64,000 bases of DNA. Origin: the human T2T-CHM13v2.0 reference genome, Homo sapiens. The number at the start of each line of letters is the position of its first letter. The first letter of the stretch is position 1. Below, piece by piece: positions 44,909-59,523 of this stretch. The notes under the pieces are model-generated. The model saw only the letters and a list, made by a program, of their open reading frames with translations, did not search any database and was not told the DNA's origin. The stretch lies in the NCBI RefSeq assembly GCF_009914755.1, contig NC_060938.1, one strand, 5' to 3'. A program made the translations under genes and the position numbers.

Positions 44909-45497
44909 TGTTGCAGGAATCAGGAGATGAGAGAGACCAATGGTTGGAACAGGAGGATTTTATTAGGTGGCCACCAACTCAGCGGATTCATATCCAAAGG
45001 CTGAGCACCAAACAAAGACAGGGCTTGACTTTTATATATACATCTGAAAAGGGTGCAAAACCTGTAAGGTGGGTAAGCAAGCTTACAGAAGCAGAACAAA
45101 GGCAGTTTATCGAACAGTGACAGGTTTTACAACTCAGGCATGTCTTGTGACCATTGCCATACTGCACAGCTGGAAAACAGGAACTTACAAAATCCTTGCA
45201 AACTTGCAGAAATAGTTACAAAAGTAGTTGTGAGAAGAGATCAAAGGATAATGGTATAGGAAAAGAATTTCAAAGGGGGAAACTGATAAGAAGAACTTGT
45301 TTTTCTTATTCTTGCTCTGGGTGGGGAAGGTGTTGGGAGAATCTCTGGAGCTCATTCCTTTGGGCTCTGGCTTTTCAGATAGTATTATCAAGGCCCCACT
45401 AGGGCTCTGCCTATTGCTGGCCTTGGAGTGAGTTAGCCAAGTACAGGAAAACTTGTTTTTCCCTTTACTTATTTTTCTTTTTACATTTTCTGCTTCA
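44909..45497 (-). mobile_element. 5' LTR of the HERV3-like provirus (LTR4/LTR61/LTR76 group)
   Basis: TGAAGCAGAAAATG...CCTGCAACA on the minus strand, with TATATAAAA near 45029-45037 and AATAAA at 44959-44964. Confidence 0.9.
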
Positions 45498-45832
45498 TTA
45501 ACTCACATGATCACAAGGTCATCAGCAGGCTGAGGGGCAAAGAGAGCCAGTCCAAGTTGTAGAACTGAAGAACCTGGAGTCTGATAGTCAAGGGCAGGAA
45601 GCATCCAGCACGGGAGGATGGAGACCAGGCCAGTCTCTCGTTTCACATTTTTCTGCCTGCTTATATTCTAGCTGTGCTGGCAGCTAATTAGATTGTGCCC
45701 ACCCAATCTGCCTTTCCCAGCTCACTGAGTCAAATGTTAATCTCCTTTGGCAAAAACCTCACAAACACACCCAGGATCAATTCTTTGTATCCTTCAATCC
45801 AATCAAGTTCACACTCAGTATTAACCATCACA
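45498..45832 (-). mobile_element. MLT2A 5' LTR of HERV-L, U3 piece
   Basis: Ends cagtattaaccatcaca (TGTGATGGTTAATACTG on the minus strand, the MLT2A start). Confidence 0.88.
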
Positions 45833-46446
45833 CCACTATTTTCTCTTCACAGGACATGAGACTTTATACAACCTGCTAAAAATGAGCTATTGCAACCTAC
45901 ACATCTAGAAATAAACCATCCTAGCCACGAGAGATCAGATGAAACAAGACCAGAGACTCATTTCCTTGTAAAATACTTTCTCCAAAAGATTTTTAAAAAG
46001 AAAAGGGGGGAAATGTGAAAGGAAAATATCTTGGCCCCCTCAAGCTGGGAACCACTCAGGGCAAATCTGCCTCCCATTCTATTCAAAGTCATCTTTCTGC
46101 TCACAGAGATAGATGCATATTCTGATTGCTTCCTTTGGAAATACTTAACAGAAACTCAAAAAAATGCAACCATCTATCTCTCACCTACCTGTGACGTGGA
46201 AGCCCCCAGTTGTGGGGGCCTTACTTTGAATTGTCTCCACCTTTCTGGATGGAACTGATGTACTTCTTGCATATATTGATTGATGTCTCATGTGTCCCTA
46301 AAATGTATAAAACCAAGCTGTGCCCCAATCACCTTGGGCACATGTCTTCAGGACCTCCTGAGGCTGTGTCATGGCCACATCCTCAACCGTGGCAAGATAA
46401 ACTTTCTAAATTAACTGAGACCTGTCTCAAATTTTTGGGGTTCAGA
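45833..46446 (+). mobile_element. MER4-int 3' end, PPT and MER4A-type 3' LTR (LTR 46014-46446)
   Basis: aaaagaaaaggggggaaa|TGTGAAAGGAAAATA...ctgcctcccattctattcaaagtca...ttttggggttcaga. Confidence 0.85.
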
Positions 46447-49400
46447 ATCCATAAGTCTTTTTTTATTTCTTGATGATTAAAGTCACATGAACTAAAAGGC
46501 ATTACAGTGTTTATTTTTTCTTCAAAAATATTTGATCCTAGTGCTTATCCTTCAAGTCAATTAATTAGAGCTCTTTTTTAAAATAGACATCACACACTAC
46601 ACCTATGTAACTACACAGACAAGCAGAAGCAGATCCAGTAGTTATCAGATTTTCTGTTCTGCAATCTCTTAATTGGACTGTTCACCTCTGAGTGGGCCCT
46701 TTGAGAGCATGGCTAGGAAAGCATGCAGTTTCTAGGGCCTAAAAAACAGGTATAGCTGGAAGACAAAATCAGATTTTGAGAGGGATTCATCTGCCTCCAA
46801 TTCCTGGGGCTCCGTGAGGAAAACAGAGGTCTCTCCCAAAATGGAATCTGTGGCACCTTTTCTGTTTTGCCCAAGCAGCCCCAGGCCATCAGAAATTATT
46901 TTAGGGCCTCTCATGCATGCCTTAAGGGAGAAAAAGAATTCAGCTGTCTGAGAAAAAAAAAAACCTTTTTCCAACAAAACAAGATCCAAGAAGAGAAAAA
47001 CATAAAGGCCTTTTAAATATACCTATAACTTGGATATCCACTTTTAGTTAAGATAAGCACTCTTTAAGAAAGTCCTTTTAAATCCCTTATTATGCAACTT
47101 TAGCCATGCCAAGCAGCCAATATTTCTAGCTTTTGAACTTTATGAAAGGTAACTTCCCAGGTGCTCACAGAAAGGAAAATTCAAGGTAGTTCATGGAGGG
47201 GAAGAGAATCAACAAATGGTAAAGGTCACAGATATCGAACCAGAAAGAACTCATTCCCTAAGCCGGGATTGAACCTGGGCCACCATTGTAAAATGGCAGA
47301 GGCTAAAACAAAGCACTGCCACATGGTTAAAGGTCATCCTTCCAAGTACATAAAATATGATGGAGGCCTTCAGCAAAGTTTGCCACTGACCAGTTTTCCA
47401 GGCTGGCTTGAGTAGAAGGCCTATAGAGTCCTAGGCCCACATCCCAACCTAAGGTACCCCTCTTTCTTACAGAACCATATAGAGAAGCATGCAAAGCACA
47501 CCAGATTGGCTACAGCTTAAGACCAACCTCATGAATCCTTTTTTATAATTAAAACTCTACAAACTTTACAGAGAATATAAACAGTGATCCTTATCATTCC
47601 CTTTACCAGTTTGCACAGGAGAGTGGGGCCAAAATCTCAACTGGTAAAATAAAAAAACCACTCTTACCCTTTTGCCAGCATGTCAGGCCCCTTTTGCCAG
47701 CATGTCAGGCTTCTGTGTTCCCTCCCCACTGAGCTCAATCCCAAGACAACTAGTTTAAAGCTTGGGAAGTTAACTTTTCCCAGTTTGGAGGCTACATCTG
47801 AGGGGAGTGTCCTGCAGCATGGGGACACAACCTTCCATCTGTGAACAGAGGACAGAGGAGGAAAAAGGAAAAATACGGCATTTTTTCAAAGGAGACCCAG
47901 GACTCAGGATGCATTCAAAGAGGTACAGATGGAAGATGAATGGCTACTCATCTAGAAAGAGAGGAGCAAGGTGTCCCCAGTTCCCTTCTTTTCCTAGCGA
48001 ATACCCATGGTACATGAGGTAGAGAAAGCAAAGCATGTCTCTTTCTTTACTCCATCCTTATATTTCTGAGTTCTGGCAATCACAACAGGTTGCCACCCAT
48101 GGGTATCAAAGCAGCTTTCACCCATGTTAACAGAGGGGTCTAGGGGGTGGGATCATCCTCTCTTACCCACGTATGCCCTATCTCCCCTGCTGTCAGTAGC
48201 CTTTGAGTTCCTGAACTTGGAATTGAATTTGGGACAAAAATGTTTCTGGGGGGTTGGGTTGCATGAACTCCTTATAAGCAGAATGCTAAGGTGAAGCTGT
48301 GAATTTGAGTCTTCCTCCAACAAGGGATAGAAAAGGGTGTCTTGTGAATTGGGGTCCCAACCTAGTAAAACGTCTTCTAAAAGGAAAAAAAATGCCTCTC
48401 ACATAAAAGTTAACTTCTGACCTGGTGGAGAAAGGAAAAAAAAAAAAACCTAAATACAACGCTGTGTTAATTGCTGAAAAATGGAGAAAAGAAAAAGATG
48501 CCTGGGGAAGAAACCTCTTATTCTTATGCAAATGAGTTTCTTCAACTGGGAGAGAAACTTTTAATTGCTATTTCTTCCCTGGGGTTTGGACTGAGCTGGA
48601 CCCCTTGGCCAGGGGAGGGGAAGACGCCAGGGGTATGTGGTGGGGAACGCTGGCCAGCTGTTTGTGCAGGGCATGGGACCCTGAGGTGCCTTGGGGCCTG
48701 GGTAGTGGCTGTGGTTCATTTTTGCCCTGCGTGGCTGTTGGCCTGTGTGTGTGTGTTTGGCACGCACATGCAGCAGACACAGCCATGTGCCCCAGCCAAA
48801 AGGGAAGAGGGGCGGGGAGCAACTGCTCACCTGTCAATCCTGTACGTGTACCTGAGGCCACTGGGGTGGGGGTGAAACATCCCCAATATTGTAAAAGAAA
48901 TGATAGATGCCATTACAGTTCCCCCAAAAAGAAGGAAAATGCCATAGAAAAGACTGGCTTGGACCAGGGCCAAAGTTCCTGACCCCCAAGAGTGATGGGT
49001 GTTGGGGGGCGGGGGAGCAGTTTCCTCTACCCTCAGACTTAGTGTGAGGACAAAAAGGCTCAGAAATGAAAGGGAAGGAGATTTTTGGGTCCGCACTTTA
49101 TTCACCCCTCCTCATGTCCCTCTACAGGCTACCAAATGATGCAGGATTTTTTGCTCCTTAGTTCAGCTAAAATCCAGGTTTCTGTCTCACAACCAGGAAA
49201 AATTAGGCACGTGGACAAATTGAAGGATGAGGAGGGTAGATCTATTAGGCAAAAAGAAAGCTCAGCAAAGAAAGAAGTGGTCCTGCCAACATGCTACCAC
49301 CTCACAGATTGAAGACCAGACCACTTCACACAAGCTGAAGAGGCCGGGCCCCTCCCCCAGCATAAGGTGTGAATTCCTGGTGGCTCCACCCCATTCTCCC

Positions 49401-49486
49401 AGTGAACATACAGGCCCCCAGTTCATTGTGAGCATGCCCAGGCAAGACCCTGGGCAGGTTCCCTTATCTGCCTCCTGCATCTATCA
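46447..49486 (-). mobile_element. MER61-type element: 5' LTR (49137-49486), PBS and non-coding internal region
   Basis: The LTR starts TGATAGATGCAGGAGGCAGATAAGGG on the minus strand and ends CCTGCATCA. It is followed by the PBS-like TTTGGTAGCCTGTAGAGGGAC and MER4-group internal sequence. Confidence 0.7.
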
Positions 49487-49869
49487 GCTCTATCTTCCCT
49501 AATAGATGGATCGAAGTCTCAACATTGTCATCTTCTCAGAATTCTCCTTTTTCTCCTTCCTAACACAAAATGTAGTATGCCATATATACTTCTCTTAATC
49601 TTGTTTTTTAAGCTTACTGACCCTGGAAATCACTGAATATTAATGTAAAGAGATAATCCTTTTTCATTTATGACTGCATATTATTCATGATGTAGAAGCA
49701 TTGCTGTTTACCTAATAGCTTTCTAATGATGGAATTAGAATTGTGCACAAACCTTTGGTAGTACACATTATCCCACAATAAACAGTTTTGTACAGATCTG
49801 ATTTGATCTCTTTGGAATATAACCATTTATATTAACACCTCCCAAAAATGACATACTTAGGTATAAATC

Positions 49870-52500
<2,631 letters not shown>

Positions 52501-52707
52501 CAGTAAGTCCTCACATCAGCAATAGGTTCTCAGAAACTGTGACTTTAACAGTGCAAAGTAACATACAACAAAACAAATTTTTATTTGTCTCATCAGTGTT
52601 ATAATGAAACACATTGGACAAAACAATGTTATTTCAGGACCTACTGTACATTGTTTCACCTAAAGTTGCAGTTTCCAAGAACCTATTCATGACATTGAGG
52701 ACTTACT
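52501..52707. mobile_element. MER82-type TcMar-Tigger MITE, deleted
   Basis: TIRs cagtaagtcctca...tgaggacttact, with sub-terminal ataggttct/agaacctat. Confidence 0.75.
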
Positions 52708-52800
52708 ATACTTACTAGGAATAATAGGAAGAAATGTGTCTACTCTATCTTTTCTGGAACCAGAAGTTCTTAGTGCTGATTCCACAAAGAAATAAATGTT

Positions 52801-53005
52801 GTCCGGGTGCCTGTAATCCTAGCAATTTGGGAGGCCAGATCACTTGAGCCCAGGAGTTTGAGACCAGCCTGACCAACATGGACAAACCCTATCTCTATAA
52901 AAGATACAAACAAACAAACAAACAAAAAACAGCTGCACTCCAGCCCGGGTGACAGAGTGAGACCCTGTCAAAAAAAAAAAAGAAAAAGAAAAAGAAGAAG
53001 AAGAA
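52801..53005 (+). mobile_element. Deleted Alu
   Basis: Left arm, (CAAA)n linker, right-arm end and A tail. Confidence 0.75.
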
Positions 53006-54159
53006 ATAAATTTACTCCTTCTTACAGCTAGAGAGATCAAGCCAAGCTCCTTTGGGAAGCTTTCATTCTTTTCCCACCTATGGATCTTGCAGGTTACTAT
53101 TTGTTCTGCCTGAAGCAGGCATTCTATTCTTCCTCAATTATCTTTCTCCCTGCGTAGAGTTTCTTCGCTCTGCTTACTAGTGCTACTGGCTTGCTACTAA
53201 GCTTTTTCCATGATTGAATGTATGTGGTTTCCTCTACTCTAATTTTTTGGGGCTATGTATACCTCATTGTAAATGATGTCTGGTATAGAAGTAGATGTTA
53301 TCCACTGAGTCCAGCGGAAGACAAACCTCTTTGTATCTACCCCTCCTAAGGCAGAGGTGTCTCCAGTTTTGCATGTATGAGCAAAACAGTTTATCAAAAG
53401 GAACCTTGTCAGATTTCTAAAGAAACCAGCATAAATAGTAGAATCTTTTCCTGGCAGGAAATGGAAGGGGTCTGTAATTAAAACTGCTTCTAATTGATGG
53501 TTATCCCATGAGGCTCTGATTCTACCAGGTAAATTAGGAGTTGACAAAAATCTATAACAGAAATTCCCAAAGTTAGAGTTAATATTTTATTAAATTAGTC
53601 TTTATCCTATGTAGTTTTTATAAATTGAACTCATCTTATTGATTATATATTTTACCAAACACTATACCATAAATTCTCCACCAATCATTTTGAGCATACT
53701 TTTCTCCAAAACATTATAGTCTAATAGGAGATGCAATTTTTAAAACTCACGTATGAAACAGAAAATAGCAAGGATATAAATTTTGTCACACAAAAATGTA
53801 TTGCATATTAAAGTTATAAAGAGAGTTACAGGATGTTAATGTTTTCTGGATTATTTAGGAAAGATTTGATAATGGAAGTGGAATTTGATCTTGCCCTATA
53901 AAGTTACTATAATTCAGTTCAATGGGAAAAGTGATTAGACAGTCTAGACCAATGCAATGACACCAGCAAAATTACGAACCTGTGCTGTCAGGGGACATAG
54001 ACTGGAGGTGAGGAGACAACCCAATTCCAATTGTATTAAATTCGGAAGTGAGTATAGAAATGGCAGGATGAGAGCAAGATATTCTTCAGAGCCTATTATT
54101 ATTTCTGTAGAATTGAAAGTTCCTTGTTGCTAAGTAGCTAAATCTAGAATTTAGTCACC

Positions 54160-54285
54160 TGAGAGACAAAAGGGAGAGGGCTTATGTTTCCCTTTGTTCT
54201 GTGGCCTCAGCTACAAACCATTGATAAAGCATGGTATAAACCATCTAGACAGAAATGGCCATGGAAACTACTGTTTCTTCTGATG
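54160..54285 (+). other. ADAM21: Probable non-coding first exon of ADAM21 (start approximate)
   Basis: Consensus donor TG|GTAAGT at 54285/54286 in unique sequence about 5.1 kb upstream of the acceptor. The spacing fits my recollection of a two-exon gene about 7.7 kb long. The TSS cannot be fixed from sequence alone. Confidence 0.6.
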
Positions 54286-54379
54286 GTAAGTCATTCATAA
54301 AGTTTGGTTCTATGCATAATTTGGTATCCAGAGTAGTCCACTGGATAATGTGAAGTCTCTTAATTTTTGTTTTGTTTTC

Positions 54380-54685
54380 ATTTTTTTTGTTTGTTTGTTT
54401 GTTTTGAGATGGAGTCTCACTCTGTCGCCCAGGCTGGAGTGCAGTGGCGCGATCTCAGCTGACTGCAAGCTCTGCCTCCTGGGTTCACACCATTCTCCTC
54501 TCTCAGCCTCCTGAGTAGCTGGGACTGCAGGTGCCCGCCACCACGCCTGGCTGATTTTTTTGTATTTTTAGTAGAAACGGGGTTTCACCATGTTAGCCAG
54601 GATGGTCTCGATCTCCTGACCTCGTGATCCGCCCTCCTCGGCCTCCCAAAGTGCTGGGATTACAGGCGTGAGCCACCGCGCCCGG
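54380..54685 (-). mobile_element. AluY/Sc-like in the putative ADAM21 intron
   Basis: Full reverse dimer (gttagccaggatggtctcgatctcctgacctcgtgatccg). Confidence 0.9.
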
Positions 54686-54732
54686 CGTGTTTTCATTTTT
54701 AAAGATATGAGTGACTTGAGCATGGATGTAGG

Positions 54733-54844
54733 TAGGGTGACCAACCATTCCAGTTTGGTTGAGACTGAGGGGATTGCTGGGTGCAGCACTTTCAGTTTTA
54801 AAACCAGGACAGTCCTGGGAAAATCAGGATGAGGTAGTCACCTC
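54733..54844. mobile_element. MER81 hAT MITE
   Basis: TIRs tagggtgacca...gtagtcaccct, about 112 bp. Confidence 0.75.
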
Positions 54845-55057
54845 AATTGCCAGTAAGGAATAGATAAAGTAGTAGAAGATGAAGATGCAGTTGAGAATAG
54901 GGAAAATTAATAGAAACAGTCCTCAAGTAGGTGGGAGAGATGATCTGGAACCATGAGGGGCTAATGAGACTAGAGAGGTAGTAAGGTAGAGAAGAGGTGG
55001 ATATAGGCAGATTCAGATGGTGAAAGGCCCAGAAACCATTTTGTCTTTGAATTTGGC

Positions 55058-55081
55058 GTGTGTGTGTGTGTGTGTGTGTGT
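55058..55081. repeat. (GT)n microsatellite
   Basis: About 12 GT units. Confidence 0.95.
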
Positions 55082-57399
55082 ATCATATTCCAGAGAAAGA
55101 AATCCACTTTATATTATGACATTGTGGCTTTACACACACTTACACCCCACATATTTGGCACTGTGTGTGCAAGGTTGCTAAGGATCTTCTAGGGATGCCT
55201 TCTGATATTTCTGTTCTATTTCCTCAAGGAAAAAGACTGCAGGCTATAGCCAGCTGAATTACTTCCATGACTCTAATGGGACAGATATTAGTGACAGACA
55301 GATAGGAAAACAGTGCATTAGGGCATTGGAATAAGAGGGAAGATGGGTAGAGAGCGGTCTTGATGAATTTGAAATAGCTGTGGGGAAAGGAAGAGTTTAT
55401 CAAACATGCAGAAGAGGGCTGTTGGCTCACCTGATAGTCCGCTGACATTAGAGGACATGGATTTACGGTGGTACCACTTCACAGTATCCATGGTAGAATG
55501 ATGGTACTTCAGGAGCTTTGGTCTCTGTAAGTCCTAGGAATGAAGACAATGAGTCTGGCTTTAAAGATTTTTTTAAAGTTATTCTCCTGTTATTGCCTGC
55601 TCTCATGCTGAGCTCCAAGAAAAAGAATAATATGACCCAGGTTGGTGTAGCTTATCAGTCCTTTCCACAACATTATATCTTTGATTAGTTCTTCCCATTT
55701 TCAATCCTCCCATCCACAACAACTGTCACTCCATAGTAAGTAGAAAACATATCAAGAGAGATATAGAGAGCAAATCTGGCAGTTAGAATTTCATCCCAAT
55801 TCAGAGATCTTTGTTCTTGGAAGTTTTGCCTATGAACTTTGCTTTTCTCTTCCATGCTACTTGCACCTTGTGGAATAAGGTGCCTAACTTGCAGCAGTGA
55901 AAACTGCCCAGATGAATCCAGCCTCTTTAAGCAAGTTAATGGCAAGGATAATGTTCAGCTTGAAACAAGTTTTCCCCATCTTCCAGCATCCACATAGCCA
56001 GTCTAGGACAAGAAAAGGAAAAAAACCTTAAATACTTTATATTAGAAAGGAAAGGTACTTGGTTAACTAATTCTACTGTGATTGAGAGACAATGAGAATG
56101 GATTTTCAGCTGCTGGCACTATACATAAATGAGGAAAACTCAGAAGATTGAGGAGGTGCAAATGCAATATCCAGGAGAATAAAGAAAAGAGCAATATGGC
56201 ATAGGAAGTTTTGAAATATCTACTGGATTTTATATCTCTATTCCTTAGGCTGGGGATCCAGGACAAGCCATTTCAGTTTTGATTTCTATATTCTCTTTTT
56301 AAGCCTTTCACAAACACATTGGTTTTGGGATTTTTTTTTTTTCAGAGCAGCATTAGTAGCTTTGATGTAGGAGTGGAGGAAGTATGTGAAGAATTAATGC
56401 AGTTCCTGCCCACCCCCCATTCCCCGACAATCTCTGTCACATTTAGGACTCTCTAGAGTCAAAGATTTTGGCATACAGTGCTTGAAGGGATGAAACTGGT
56501 AGCAGAGCTGAATGGATTGGAAGACAAGAACATTAAGAGAAATGGGGGATGATGAAAGAAAAGTATTTGGGTTTTCTTTGGGTTTGAGAAACAGGTATAG
56601 CAGAAGTAAGGGGGAGAGCTGGGAGAACTAAAATTGTTGGTAAATTGATTAGGATATATGAAATTTTTTGTGTGTTGACAAGGTATACATTATGACTATG
56701 AGTGGGTGGGCTGAATTACACTGAAGATGAATTGAAGAGGTTAAAAAAAACTTTAAAAAACCCTGTCTTGTTTTCAGATGGGTTTTCTATATACTTGCTA
56801 ATATTACTTTAAGTTGAGGGTAGGAATTTTGGTGGAGAATAATTTTATCAGTCAGAGGCCAGAGCCTTTGAATTTTGTCCAAGTGTGATAAGGGTGGTTG
56901 AAGAGACATCTAAAAATAGTGTAGTCAGATATTGCAGGATAAATGATTTGGTGTTCATGTTGTGGGCTGTGGAGAACAGGAACTCTGGTCCTTGTGGTGC
57001 ATGTGACTTCTGAGGATGGAGTTTCTCAAGAGGAAGCCTTTAGGCAAGCAGTAAATTCTATTAAAGCTCAGGTTCAATACGGTAAGTAGATGTAGGGAGC
57101 TTTCTGTGAAGAGGTACAGGATGGAGTTGGTTCTCTCTCTCTCTCCTTTTGTCTTTAAAGGAAGACTCCAGAAAGCACAAGGGAAGGTATAAGAAGAGAA
57201 TATAAGGAAACTTGAATCAGGGCAAAGAAAGCATTGATTAGAAATGGATTCAAAATCCAGGAGATGATTGGTGTTGGGTCAGGCATGTTCATTTTTATAT
57301 CTTCTGTGTAAGTCCTCTTAGATTAGCTTGATTTAAGTGCTTTTCCTTTTTGTTCTTATAAGAAATAGCACCTACCTTCATCAATATGTTGATCACAGT

Positions 57400-58050
57400 C
57401 AGAGGTGAAATTAAGTTTTTGGGCCTGATGCACGTACAAGATGAGGGGACCACTTTAAGAAAAATAATACCAAGTTACAATTGCAGAAAATAAGTATGAA
57501 AATGAGGATTTATTTAGCATAAGAAAGAAGCTGCAACAAATTATAAATATTAAAAGGTTGAAAACACCATAAACATCACAAAATTTAATCCCCTCAGTAT
57601 TACATTAATCAACTTCCTAACTCACTTTTATGATACCTTTTCCCTATAGTTTTTAAATTGCTTATTTAATTACCTCCCTTAAGAGAATTATTTTGTTATA
57701 ATTTCTACGGCAAGAACTGAAAGGCATTTGCCTTTCCCTAGTATGTTTAATAAAAATTCATTTTGTATTATTAATAGTTTAGAAAAGAAAATTCAGCTTC
57801 ACAGCTTGTTATTGGTAATGAGATAAATAATTAAATTTACTATTGTCAAATTTTAGAAAACCTCTATTAAGTCTTTTATGTATGCGATGTAATATTTCAG
57901 GGTGTTTGAGATTTTTCTTGTATAGTGACTAATTTTGATTACTCATAATTATATGACTTTCATAAAGTCCATTGCTGAGCCCCTTACAGGGTCTTTATAG
58001 AGGTCTGTACAGTGAGGATCCCTGAAGCATAAACTTTGTCTGGTTTTGAT
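57400..58050. mobile_element. MER91/Zaphod-type hAT-Tip100 remnant
   Basis: The ends resemble MER91 (ttttgggcctga...tacaa...ctttaagaaaaa; gtgaggatccctgaagcataaacttt). Confidence 0.5.
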
Positions 58051-59372
58051 CATATTATATTATAATTATCTGTTTTTTGTTTGTTTCTACACATGCTCAG
58101 TGCTTACTAGCCTCACTTTTGACAGTCATTTGAGACTATGATGAAATATATGGATACTCTCCTCAGCAAAAAAAGTCATGAAATACATAAAATATTGAAT
58201 ACAATATTACTGACCTCCTAAAGCTTATTCTTGCTCCTGCCACAGTTTCTGCACTAAATTGATAATTTATTTAATGCTCTGTATTTTGATTTTCTTTCTC
58301 TAATATCTAGCACAATGTCCTGCACTTTGTATGCTCCAAACACATAAAGACTTGTTTAATAAATAGAAAAAGAAATGGATAAGTGTTGCCAGCCAGACTG
58401 TATGACAGGTGCAGAAATTCCCCACTTTCAAAAACTGTTGGTAAATATATTTGAGCAAACACTCAGACTCTTCCCTGGCGATCCTAAAATACTAGACTCT
58501 ACAATGGTTTTTGCCCTAATAAGAAAAGAGTTCCTTTTCGGAAGACCTTTAAACTGCATAGATTCTCATTTTCTCTTCTGAAAGCATTTCGTTTTGTCTT
58601 TGGGACTCTCCTGTAGCTAACTGGAGAGAACAACATTATTCTCTCCATACCCTTAAATGATGTCAGTGTTTCATGAATTTTCTTTTCTAAAAATTATACT
58701 ACAATATGAACACATTTTAGTAGCATTCACTTATAATCCAAGACATTTTGCAATCCCTCCTCCGTTTTTCCATTTTTCATTGTACATAGAGCTATATGAG
58801 GCATTACAGAGGATACTAAACTGAACGAAAATCATAAACCCTGCAGTCAAGAATCTTTCAGTCTAATGAAGTTATGAGTAAAGATGAATACAATGAGGAA
58901 TAGTAAATAACTTTGAGATAAAGAAACTAAAGTATATCATAAGACTGATGCAACTTGACACAGAATTGTGATTATTTTTGATGTCTCCAGTTTTGATAGT
59001 CAAAGGAGACACTATCAATAGATATTGCAAGGGCAACAGGCATAAACTAATATTATCTTGGACAATTTGATATATAGAGTCACCCTACTCTTAAGTTTCT
59101 TTACTTTTGCTTTTACTTTTTATTATGGACATTCCATACTGCCTGTAAAGACTGAGATAACTATTTAAGTACCCATCTTCCAACTTCAACTATTATCACC
59201 ACGTGGCCAATGTTGTCTCCTCTATACCCCCTAAATCCCCACCCTCATTTACTAAAAGCAAATCCAAAGCATTTTCTTGATTCATCAACCAGTTTTTCAC
59301 TACTTCATTCTTTTTCTCTCCTGATTCCTTACTTATCACCTTTCCAACCCATCTTTTTATTTTTACTTCCAG

Positions 59373-59523
59373 CACTGCAGTTCTGATCTAACTCTGCCAG
59401 GACACAGATCCACAGGGTCAGCCCTGCATCCTGAGCAGCTTAGAGGGAGAAGCCAGACCAGCAGTGCCTCACACCTTGTCCTCTTCTGCTCTGGACAGAT
59501 GGCTCCATAACGACAGCTTCATA
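59373..59523 (+). other. ADAM21: ADAM21 5' UTR part of the coding exon, with its splice acceptor
   Basis: A long polypyrimidine tract (59300-59370) ends in ttttacttccAG at 59371-59372, 151 nt upstream of the ATG. Confidence 0.75.

Larger units (their letters stand above)
38484..45497 (-). mobile_element. HERV3/ERV3 (HERV-R)-family provirus, 7.0 kb, gag-deleted
   Basis: Two LTRs of about 589 bp with TG...CA ends. TTAA TSD at 38480-38483 and 45498-45501. PBS TGGTGAGCCAGGCAGG (Arg-like) next to the 5' LTR and PPT AAAGGGGGGAA next to the 3' LTR. pol and env remnants lie between. Confidence 0.93.

Noticed and set aside
34256-45497. Functional chimeric retrovirus (HERV-L gag/dUTPase plus HERV3 pol/env)
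   Set aside because: Every gene has multiple stops or frameshifts, the protease is missing from both, and the classes are too distant to complement. Only the regulatory aspect was kept as a finding.
45684-45696. Intact internal DUX4 site in MLT2A
   Set aside because: The site I recall as TGATTAGATTG reads TAATTAGATTG here and TGATCAGATTG in the 3' LTR. Only the terminal CAATCCAATCA motif survives, so DUX4 responsiveness cannot be claimed.
47255-47305. tRNA-like T-arm motif (ccgggattgaacctgggc)
   Set aside because: No full cloverleaf can be built, and it lies inside MER4-group internal sequence.
59464-59523. 20-aa N-terminal extension of ADAM21 (742-aa ORF)
   Set aside because: It starts at GTG. 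The ATG at 59524 has good context and is directly followed by the signal peptide.
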